A stretch of 64,000 nucleotides of DNA, from NCBI RefSeq assembly GCF_009914755.1, contig NC_060925.1. One strand, written 5' to 3'. The position numbers and the translations under genes were made by a program. The notes beneath the pieces were generated by a model. It was not told the DNA's origin. It was given only the letters and a program-made list of their open reading frames with translations, and did not search any database. This document shows positions 1-18,140 of the stretch, piece after piece; within the stretch, counting starts at the first letter, position 1; each line of letters begins with the position of its first letter. This DNA is from the human T2T-CHM13v2.0 reference genome, Homo sapiens.

Positions 1-1633
<1,633 letters not shown>

Positions 1634-1834
1634 TGTGCTTCACGTTTCTTATCTGTAACACAGGGGTAATTATAGCACTTACTTTACAGGATTGTTGCGA
1701 GGGCTAAATAAGCAAGGTCAGGACTAGGGGGAGGTTAATGAGGTACAAAACCTCTTAAAGTACAAAATTTAAGGAGGCATCAAAAATCTCAATAATCAAG
1801 ACAATAACTTTTTTTTTCATGTTTTTAAGAAAGA

Positions 1835-2661
<827 letters not shown>

Positions 2662-2850
2662 ATGATGATTATGATGGATAACATAATGATGTAAGCCACT
2701 GTGGGTCCTCTTCTGTCTTCAGGTCCATGGTGCACCTAGTATATTTGACACACAAAGAGAATCATATTTTAACCTCCATATGTCAGAATTTTTATCAATA
2801 ACAATTATGAAATAAAACAAATAATCATGGTCAGAAAGTAAACACAGTGA

Positions 2851-3162
<312 letters not shown>

Positions 3163-3439
3163 TTTTCCCTTGTTTTTATAGTTACTGTGCTATCACTGTT
3201 GATTTCAAATTTGTTGTTTAAATGCAAGGATGTGGAGACATGAACTACTCCCAAAGTGAGCTCCCATGATTTCGACCCACTGGGAACTCTCAAACTAAAG
3301 GTGTGTAGCTGACTCCCTGTGTGCTGGGGGCCAAGCGTATAACTCAGGAGTTATCCAAATTAGCTTCCATGTAGAATATATTATTTATTAAAGTTTAGGT
3401 AATAAAAATATATGAATCTGCAGCTTACATATATTCCTA

Positions 3440-3571
<132 letters not shown>

Positions 3572-4045
3572 TTAAAAAAAAAAAAAACAAAAAAAGAACA
3601 AAAAACAAAAACCTCACAGCAATCACAACAATTAGTACTTTGACCAACAGAGGGATCTCTTTGGGAAGGATGATTTTATCACTGACATTATTTAGAATTG
3701 CCAAGCCATGGTGATAGTAAAAAGCAGACCTACCCAGTTTCATTGATGTTTTTATTTTATCATTTTTTTTACTTTTTTTGTAGAGGTGAGGTTTCACCAT
3801 GTTGCCCAGGCTGGTCTTGAACTCCTGGGCTCAAGCAATCCACCTGTCTCAGCCTCCCAAAGTGCTGGGAGTACAGGCGTGAGCCATGGCAACTGGCCTC
3901 ACTAATGTTTTTAAATTCTCTACAGACAAAGCATGCCTTATTTCTTGCACATGGCAGACTCACTACCACCCTTACCTGATTCACCTCTGCCTCAGGCTAC
4001 CAGTTTCCCATCTTTGGCCAAGACAAAGGCCCCTTCCAAAGCTGA

Positions 4046-4660
<615 letters not shown>

Positions 4661-5271
4661 TAATTCTTTCTTTTTTTAAAAAGAGACAAAGACTGCCTCT
4701 AAATCCACTCTTTCTAATTTTGGCTCCACAAGCTATTTCCAGCCAATGACCCTGGGTAAGTCAGTTCATCTTTTTAAGTCTGTTTTCTCATCTGGAAATG
4801 GAAGTAACAATCCCTACCCATACCTTACCCCTGTGAGGGTTCCATGAAGCAGTGGGGGAGAAGAGTGTTTAGAAAGAGGAGGGCACCACCCAGGTGGCAG
4901 GTGTACACAGATGGCAGGCCTTGACAACAAAGGTGATTATGTTCTTCTGAGCTCACAAGCTGTTCCTGGATCCAGGATCTGAGAGAGGGGAAGGGGATCT
5001 GGTGGGTGCTAGACTGCAATCACTGAGAGATTTTTTTCCTTCCAGGAAAAGGCTAGATCCTCTTGGCCAGGAGGCAGGGAACTGATCACCATGACCTAGG
5101 CTGCTCTGCTGCTGTATCAGAGCCTGGCTGGATAGAGAACTTCTCTTCCAGGGGAAGGCGGCCAAGGAGCAGGGTACAAAGAAACACTGAAACCCGCTGG
5201 TTCTTGTCCTGGGAAGCACCCGGAAAAGAGCTCACCTACTTGTTTAACTGTCTTCCCCAAAGAAAATGTAA

Positions 5272-5614
5272 CTTTTTTTCTTTCTTTTCTTTTCTTTTTC
5301 TTTTCTTTTTTTTCTTTCTTTTTTTTTTTTTTTTTTTTTTTTGAGACAGGGCCTCATTTTGTCTCCCAGGCTGGAGTACAGTGCCATAATCATTGCTCAG
5401 TGCAGCCTTAACATCTCAGATTCAAGCTATCCTCCTGCCTCAGCCTCCTGATTAGCCGGTACTACAGGCACAAGGCACCAGGCATTTTTGTATTGTTTGT
5501 AGAGATGGGGTCTCACTGTGTTGCCCAGGCTGCTCTCAAACTCCTGGGCTCAAGCAAGCCTGCTTCAATCTCCCAAATTGCTGGAATTACAGGCATTAGC
5601 CACTGTGTCTAGCC
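5272..5614 (-). mobile_element. AluJ with a long T-rich tail
   Basis: Diverged Alu consensus. Confidence 0.85.
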
Positions 5615-5644
5615 AGATAGAGCAGGAGTCAACAAACTTTTTGT

Positions 5645-6071
5645 GGGGGGAGGGGCTCAAACAGCAGAAATTGATTTCTGACAGTTCTGGAGGTTGGGAA
5701 ATCCAAAATCAAGGTGCTGCCAAGGTTGATTTCATTCTGAGGACTCTTCCCTTGACTTGTCATCAGCCACCATCTTGCTGTGTGCTCACATGACCACATG
5801 ACCTCTTCTTTGTGAGCTTGAGAGAGAGGGAGTAAGCTATCTGGTGTCTCTTCTTATTAGGGCACTGTCTTAGTCCATCTAGGCTACTACAGCAAAATAC
5901 TTTACAGTGGGCAATTTATCAAAGACAGAAATCTCTCCGAGTTCTGGAGGCTAGGAAGTCCAGGATCAAAGCTCCAGGAGATTTGGTGTCTAGTGATGGC
6001 CAGTTCCTCATACAGAGCACTTTCTATGTGTCCTCACATGGCAGAAAGGCAAGGCAGCTCTCTGGTGCCTC
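5645..6071 (-). mobile_element. Two nested partial MaLR (MLT1-type) LTRs (5645-5865 and 5866-6071)
   Basis: cagttctggaggct..aagtccaagatcaag and gtcctcacatgg MLT1 motifs; LTR terminus tgtcttagtcc at 5866. Confidence 0.8.
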
Positions 6072-6178
6072 TTTTTTTTTTTTTTTTTTTTTTTTAAGAC
6101 AGAGTTTCCCTCTTTTTGCCCAGGTGATCCGCCTGCCTTAGCCTCCCAAAGTGCTAGGATTACAGGCGTGAGCCACCG
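6072..6178 (-). mobile_element. Internally deleted Alu (~107 bp) with TSD ctctggtgcctc
   Basis: Both Alu ends present, fused at CAGG; TSD at 6060-6071 and 6179-6190. Confidence 0.8.
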
Positions 6179-6190
6179 CTCTGGTGCCTC

Positions 6191-6366
6191 TTTTTTTTTT
6201 TAATTTTTTTTAAAATTATACTTTAAATTCTGTGCTACATGTGCAGAACATGCAGTTTTGTTACATAGGTATACACATGCCATGGTGGTTTGCTGCGCCC
6301 ATCAACCTGTCATCTACATTAGGTATTTCTCCTAATGCTGTCCCTCTCCTAACCCCTCACCCCCTG
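6191..6366 (-). mobile_element. L1PA-type 3' end, 5'-truncated
   Basis: attatactttaa...tacatgtgcagaac...gttacataggtatacac...tttctcctaatgct is the antisense L1PA 3' UTR; T tail present. Confidence 0.9.
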
Positions 6367-7043
6367 AACAAACTTTTTTCGAAAGAGCCAGCTAGTAAAT
6401 ATTTTAGGCTTTTCAGGCCATATGGTCTCTGTTGCAACTACTCAACTCTGCTGTTGTAGTGAGAAAGCAGCCATAGACGATACGTAAACGGAGCGTGGCT
6501 GTGTTCCAATAAAACTTTATTTATGGATGCTACAATATGAATTTCATATAACTTTCACATGTCATGAAATATTCTTCTTTTGACTTTTAAAATGATTTAA
6601 AAATCTAAAACCCATTCTTAGCTTGCAAGCATACAAACACAGTAGGCCAGATTTATCATGTGGGCCAGTTTGTGCGCCTCTATCCTAGAGGGCAGAGACT
6701 GTCTTCTCCTCTGCTGTATTCCTAGTGCCTAGAACAGTGCCTGGCATGTAGCTGGTGCTCAGTAACTATTTGTTGGTGATCAGCTGCTCCCTCTTCTGCC
6801 CCTTTTAACTCCAATTCCCTTCCCAACTCTTCCTGCTACTGTGTCACCTCTGCTGTCGCCTCCTGTCCTCTCTAATGTCAGCAACCAAAGTTGGCCTCAC
6901 CCCCAGGCTCCAGGTCAGAGGTACCGCTCTGTGGAGGAGCTCACTGCCTAATTCTCTGCCTTGCTCTCCTTGACCCTCTGCAGTCCTGGACCATCCCACC
7001 TGCATGCTTCTGTTCCTCCTCTTCCTCTCTGACCACTCCCTCT

Positions 7044-8443
<1,400 letters not shown>

Positions 8444-8650
8444 TGACCACTCCCTCTTTGGCTTCGTTCTCATTCATCCCCTGACCACAGTCAGGGGAGT
8501 CCCTCCAGGCTGAGGCCTCATGTCTTCGCTGCACACAAGTGCAGAACCCACTCAGTGAACCCCAGGCCCCAATCTCTGGCTCTCTCCCTTCTTTGCAGGG
8601 GGAAGAATTTGGAGGGAAGGAAGGAAGTCTGTGATTGTCACCTACCATTT

Positions 8651-8960
<310 letters not shown>

Positions 8961-9322
8961 TGTCACCTACCATTTCTATGGAGCACCTATCGTGTGCCAG
9001 GTGCCACACAGGTATTTTATTGCCTGATCTCACTTAATACTCATAGCCACCTCTAGTTTTCTAAGGCACAAACTGAGGCTCAGAGGGGTTAACCGAAATA
9101 CTCAAAGTCACACAGCTAGGAGGTAGCCAGACCAGGATTAGAGCCCAGGTTGGTGTGGCTCCATTCACAAGTACATTTTGAGGGCCTACAATATATCAAA
9201 TGTATCCAGAGAAACAGCAGTAAACAGACAAGTCCTGCCTCATGGAGCTTTGTTCTAGTGGGAGAAACAAACAGGTAAATAAACAACAGGATTGCTAGTA
9301 AAGAGCATGCCATGAAAAATAA

Positions 9323-9657
<335 letters not shown>

Positions 9658-10399
9658 AGGGGAACTATTTTAGGTAAGATAAGAAAAGGAAAGTCCTCTC
9701 CGGGAGGTGACATTTGAGCAGAGGTGTGAATGAAGTAAGAGAGTGAACCCTGAGAAATGGAGAAAGAATGTTCCAGGTGGAGGGCATAGCAGGAGCAGAG
9801 CCTGACAGGAGCATACCAGGCATGTCCAGTGATCCGCAAAGATACCCGGTGGCAGGAGAGCGGCGAACGAGGGACAGAGTGGTAGGAGAGAGTGCCCGAC
9901 GGAGTGGGCCGGGGCCTGGGGGGTTCACAGACTTGGCCAAGACTTTGGATTTGTTTGAAGTGTGATGGGGGAGGCGCAGGAGGATTTCAAGCAGAAGGAT
10001 GACACCATTCCCATTCCTCAGATGAGGGATGAGACAGACAAGAGACTCTGCCCCCTCCATCACTCCATCACTGCTCCATCACTGCCACCCACTGTGTGCA
10101 CACTGAGCTCTCCTGGACCCCTTTCTGAACTTAGCGTAGTGAAGTGATCAAGAGCACTGGCTTTCAGGTCTGAGAGAAGTGGGTTCCCAGCCCAGCTGCA
10201 ATACTTACTGGCTGTCTGACCATGGGCAATCCTGTCCCTCTCTAAGCCTCAGTTTTCTCATCTGGAAAATGGGACAATAATTTTTGTCTCATGGCATTGT
10301 ATCATTGGGGTGATTTGATGAGTTCTTACTTGTAAAACACTCAGCTCCAGGCAGGCTACATAGGGCTCTCTCAATAAGCACTCATAGTTTGTTACTATT

Positions 10400-10695
10400 A
10401 TTTTTTAATTTTTTTTGAGACAGGAGCTTGCTCTTTTGCCCAGGCTGGAGGGCAATGGCTCAATCATAGCTCACTGCAACCTCAAACTCCTGGGCTCAAG
10501 CTATGCTCTGGCCTCAGCCTCCAAGTAGCTAGGTCTATGAATGCGCGCCACCATGCCTGGCTAATGTTTTTATTTTTAGTAGAAATGGTATCTTGCTATG
10601 TTGCCCAGGCTGGCCTCAAACTCCTGGGCTCAGGCAATCCTCTTGGCTCAGCCTCCCAAAGTGCTGAGATTACAGGCATGAGCCACCGCACCCCA
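10400..10695 (-). mobile_element. AluJ
   Basis: Diverged Alu. Confidence 0.85.
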
Positions 10696-10924
10696 CTTGT
10701 GATTATTATTATTTAAAGTTTCAGCTCTGTTCTGGCACTTTGTAATCGCTCATTAAAGGTAACTATCATTGTGATTATTCTCCTCATCCTGTTCCACCTG
10801 TTAAAGACACATTAGCCAGGAATACCCTTTACTGAGAGGCCAAGAAAGAATAATGATGACAGACCCTCTCCCCAGGACAGGTCCTTTCCAGAACCTCTGC
10901 TCTTGAACATCATAGAAAAACCTC

Positions 10925-11282
<358 letters not shown>

Positions 11283-11387
11283 TCAGTTCAGCCCCCTGCT
11301 CCTTGCCAGAACTGCCTCTTTGACAGGGCGCAGAGTGGTAGCCTCACTTGTGTCTAGCAAAGCCCTTTCACACTCACAAGTCACTCA

Positions 11388-11639
<252 letters not shown>

Positions 11640-11862
11640 TCACTCAGAGTGTAGCATTTCAGAGCATGAGATTAGATTGCCTGGGTCTGAGTTGCAAATT
11701 TACCATTGCATAGCTGGGTGATGTTGGACATATCATTCATTTAGTCTTTTTGAGTACCTGTGTGCCAGGCAGTGTGTCAGGTGTCAGGAAGACAATGAAG
11801 AGCCAACAAGACCCAACAGCTGCCCTCTCACAGTTTACAGTCTAATTTAAAAGCCAGATGTA

Positions 11863-12170
<308 letters not shown>

Positions 12171-12924
12171 TCAAATAGTCACATAAACAAATGTAAAAAA
12201 GTACAACTTTGAGAAGCACTGTCAAGTATTGATTGCTATGGGTATGAGTACTACGGAGGTGAGGGAAAATGTCCTGGAGGAAGTGATGTAGAGCTGAGCT
12301 GGCTTGAAGAACAAAGAAGACTGTTTCAAGTACAAGGAGTGGCATGTGCGAAAGCCCTGCGGCAGAACTGAAGGAAAGCCAGTGTGGCTGGAGCCACGAG
12401 AGAGGTGGAGCACACTTTTGTGCACTGAAACTTTAGCAGCATCTGTACCTGTGGGCTACAGTTTGTTCTGCACAGCTCTCTGATGAGTGACTGCTATGCC
12501 TACTCCAGAGATGGGCAAGCTGACCCCTAGAGAAGCTCTCCAGGTAGAGCCCAGATGTCCTCTGGGCTCCCCTCTTACCAGCATGACCCACTCATGGGAG
12601 AGGGGACACAGGAAGTGAAGCTTATTCATAAAAGGTTGAAAGCACAACCAATCAATCAGTCCTTAAGTGAGAGGATGCTCTTGATAGGGAGATTACTTTG
12701 AGAGGGAGAAGAAAGAGGGTCAGGGACCCAGGAAGGGAGAAAGCTGAAGGTAGAACCACTCCTGCTTTCCCTCACCTCCTCTACTCCTGCCATCCACCCC
12801 ACCTCTCTGGCCCATCCCCTGACCCTCATCCTGTGGGTCTCAGTGTCTCTCTTCCTAACTTAAATGTGGCTGACTCCAAGCCAGGTATCTGGCAGCTACG
12901 TGCGATCTGTTCCAATTCCTGAGT

Positions 12925-13015
12925 ACAATTACTAGATCTAGCAAACCAAAATACATGATACCCAATTTGAATTTCAGATAAACAACACATACACTTTTAG
13001 TCAAAATATGTTCAA
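12925..13015. mobile_element. MER53-like DNA transposon fragment
   Basis: agatctagcaaaccaaaatac...aatttgaatttcagataaacaac resembles one MER53 arm. Confidence 0.6.
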
Positions 13016-13204
13016 GTATAACAGCTCAAACTGGGAGCAGCAAGAGCTGGGGCATCACAACCTGCTTCCAGGTAACTGAACTGGACGATCCCCACACTGA
13101 TGTGAATAATGGCTGCCAACTCTGGTCCAGGCTGCCGTCTGTTTTGTCCTCACCTTTTCTCATCAGGGAGGTGGAGACTATGTGAACAAAAGAACACACT
13201 CTGC

Positions 13205-13974
<770 letters not shown>

Positions 13975-14374
13975 TAATAGCACATAACACATAAGATTAC
14001 AAGGACTACCTTAGTTTATGCAGGTAAAAAATGCATAGAACAGTGCCTGGTCCATAGTAAGTGCTATGTTAGTGTTAGCTGTCATTATTTATTTAGTTAC
14101 ACCACAATGAATGTAAACTCCGTAAAGGCAAATACTTTATTTATTATGTATTTTATTATTTATTTTTTAGCAATGGGGTCTCACTCTGTCGCCCAAGCTG
14201 GAATGCAATAGTGTGATCATAGCTCACTAGAGTCTCAAATTCCTGAGCTCAATGGATCATTCTACCTCAGCCTCCTGAGTAGCTAGGATTACAGGTACCC
14301 AGCTAAGGACTTTAATTTATTCATTGCTATATTCTCAGCATCTAGTAGAAAGCCTGAGCCACATCCCCTGGTGT

Positions 14375-14505
14375 GCTGAGGCAAGAGGATTGCTTGAGGG
14401 CAGGAGTTCAAGGCTGTAGTGTGCTATGGTTGCGTCTATGAATAGCCACTGCACTCCAGCCTGGGCAACATAGCGAGACCCCATCTTTACAAATAATAAT
14501 AATAA
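14375..14505 (+). mobile_element. FAM/FRAM fossil Alu monomer
   Basis: gtgtgctatg...tgaatagccactgcactcc, a 7SL-proximal diagnostic segment. Confidence 0.7.
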
Positions 14506-14691
14506 TAGGCCAGGCGCAGTGGCTTATGCCTGTAATCCCAGCACTTTAGGAGGCCAAGACGAGCAGATCATGTGGTTAGGAGATTGAGAGCATACTGGCC
14601 AACATGGTGAAACCTCGTCTCTACTAAAAATATATATATATAAAATTAGCCAGGTGTGGTGGCACACGCCTATACAAAAATTAGCCAGGTG

Positions 14692-15047
<356 letters not shown>

Positions 15048-15228
15048 TCATTTGAACCCGGGAGGCGGAGGTTGCAGTGAGCCGAGATCAGGCTACTGAA
15101 CTGCACTCCAGCCTGGGCGACAGAGTGAGACTCCATCTCAAAATAATAATAATAATAATAAAAAGAAGGCTTGGCTTACAATACATGCTCAGAAAGAGGG
15201 TCTAGTGTGTAATATATAGCCATAAATA

Positions 15229-15825
<597 letters not shown>

Positions 15826-16105
15826 TATATAGCTGTAAATTTATTGAATTAAAATGAATCTTGTCCTATATACCTGAAAGATTGAGATTATAATTCCCAT
15901 TTTACAGATGGAGAAATTGAGGTTTAGAGGCATAAAATGAGTTTCCCTGTGTTAAGAAGGTAGCAGAGCTGGAATTCAAACCCAGAATTGTTGGGTTCCA
16001 AAGTCCTTTCACTCAAAATTCAGTTCAACAGCTGAGGTCCTACCCTGGGAAAGCCATGGAAAAGGGGGAGCACGTGGATTCTGGAGAAATCCTTATCCAC
16101 TTTGA

Positions 16106-16378
16106 TTTTTTTTTTTTTGAGATGGAGTCTCTGTCGCCCAGGCTGGAGTGCAGTGGGGGCTATCTCCGCTTACTGCAAGCTCCGCCTCCCGGGTTCACAC
16201 CATTCTCCTGCCTAAGCCTCCCGAGTAGCTGGGACTACAGGTGCCTGCCACCACGCCCTACTAATTTTTTGTATTTTTAGTAGAGACAGGGTTTCATCAT
16301 GTTAGCCAGGATGGTTTCAATCTCCTGACCTCGTGATCCGCCCGCCTCGGCCTCCCAGTGCTGGGATTACAGGTGTGA
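16106..16378 (-). mobile_element. AluY with TSD cactttgattttttt
   Basis: Alu consensus and TSD. Confidence 0.9.
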
Positions 16379-16905
16379 CACTTTGATTTTTTTAAGCCCT
16401 AGTCTGTTCTCAACCTCTTGTGTGACCTTGGGTAAGTCACTTCATCTTTCCGAGCTTGTTTCAGGATTTGTAAACTAGGTGGTGGTAATCATTCAAGGAA
16501 ATCACATGGCTCGCAGGAAGCTTTTGATAAACATTCCTTCCCATTCCCCTGCCTTAGAACAGCTTTGCAAATAACTGACCAGTCTTCCTGCGAAACCAGC
16601 AAGCTTGTCCCTCCAGCAAGCTCACTCCTCACATGTGAATACATCTCAGCACACCCGGACCCCTAAGGCTCTTTAGGTGGAGGCTGAATCTCTCTGGGGC
16701 AACCAGTCTCCCTGGCCTTTCACTCCAAGTCCCACCAAGCCTCGGTTCATCCTGGGAGCCTGGTCCCTCCTCAGAGAGTCGCAAACCCAAACTAGTCCAG
16801 AGCTGGGGCTGCAGGTGACTCCAGGGAGACCTGACCTGAAAGGACCCCCTTCAAGTGATAGGGCAGAGCACAGATTGCAAAAACGCATATTAAGAAATCA
16901 CTCTT

Positions 16906-17125
16906 GGCCGGGCGCGGTGGCTCATGCCTGTAATCCCAGCACTTTGGGAGGCCGAGGCAGGAGGATCACTTGAGCCGGGGAGTCAGAGACCAGCCTAGGT
17001 AACAAAGCGAAACTTCGTGTCTCTCTCTCTCTCACTATATACACACATACATACATATATGTGCATATATATAATATTTATTTATACATATTTATTTATA
17101 TATGTAATATTTATATACATTATGT
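16906..17125 (+). repeat. Alu left monomer followed by a (TC)n/(TA)n-rich tract
   Basis: Directly visible. Confidence 0.85.
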
Positions 17126-17529
17126 AAAATCAATCGATCAATCAATCACTCTGTGGTGGCACTATGGGTCCTGATGGTGGTAACAACTGCTGATGCCCAT
17201 CTTGGCCTGGGGCACTGAGATCGCCCGGAGATCACAGTGTTAGCTTCAGGGCGGGGTAGAAATTAGAGGATAGGGGATCTCTAGGGCCTGGTGAGTTGAG
17301 GGCCTAAGGGGAGTGGGTCTCAGGCTCCTTCCAAGCCTCAGCCTAGATCAGGCCCAGGAACCCAGTGTGAATGTGTGTGCTGGGGTCGGGGATAAGGTGC
17401 TTCTCTCCCGTTGGAAGGAGAAGGAACATCTGGGCTGGGATTCCAAAAGAGCTGAGCGGGGGAGAACGGTGGCCCTGGTGTGGTGTGTCCAGGGGTACAC
17501 CACTGGAAGGGAAGGAGCCAGCAGGGCCT

Positions 17530-18140
17530 CTCCGGCGGAGCCGAGCGCGGGCCGGGGGCTCGCGGCAGGGGCGGGGCCGGCCCTCGGGGCGCGGCGGGGG
17601 CGGGGGTCCGCGCTGGGAATGCCGCGCCGCGGGGGCTGGGGCGGGGCTTCTCCGGCTCCGCCCCCGCGCAGGTAGCCAATGGGCGCGGCGGCGCCGGGTG
17701 ACGGAGGGAGCCGAAGTGCTAGTGCCGCGGCGGCGGCGGCGGACGGCCCAGCCGGAGCGCGAGGGGCTCGGGGGGGCGCGGCGGTTCGGGTCGCAGAGCC
17801 AGGGACCCCAGGACCCGGGAGGCGGCGCAGCCGGGGCCGCCGGAGGAGCGCGGGTGACCTGGCGGCGGCGAGATGCCGCTCGCCCAGCTCAAGGAGCCCT
17901 GGCCGCTCATGGAGCTAGTGCCGCTGGACCCGGAGGTGAGTGAGCGGGGCGGGGGACGGGCGCCCGCGGCCGGCGAGCCCGGATCCTCACAGGGGCGGGG
18001 CGGCCCGAAGCGCCGCTGCAGTCCGGCGGGCGCCCGCGAGGGCGCGAGTGCCCTCCGATCTCTTGCCCACTGTCCGGCTCCACCCCCCTATGCCCGGGTG
18101 TGCGTGTGCGAGGGACAGTTCCGCCAAGCGCGGACTACCT
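17530..18140. promoter_or_regulatory. CpG-island promoter of RPS6KA1 with GC boxes and CCAAT box
   Basis: Very high GC and CpG density; several GGGGCGGGG Sp/KLF boxes; AGCCAATGGG (NF-Y) at 17674-17683; no TATA box. Confidence 0.93.
17873..17935 (+). CDS. RPS6KA1: RSK1 coding exon 1 (MPLAQLKEPWPLMELVPLDPE)
   Basis: ATG in CpG island; donor GAG|GTGAGT; 63 nt, phase 0. Confidence 0.97.

Larger units (their letters stand above)
5623..6685. mobile_element. MER58 (hAT-Charlie, MER58B-like), split: 5623-5642 and 6367-6685
   Basis: CAGGAGTCAACAAACTTTTT terminus at 5623; the body agtaaatattttaggcttt...ggctgtgttccaataaaactttatt resumes at 6367. Confidence 0.8.
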
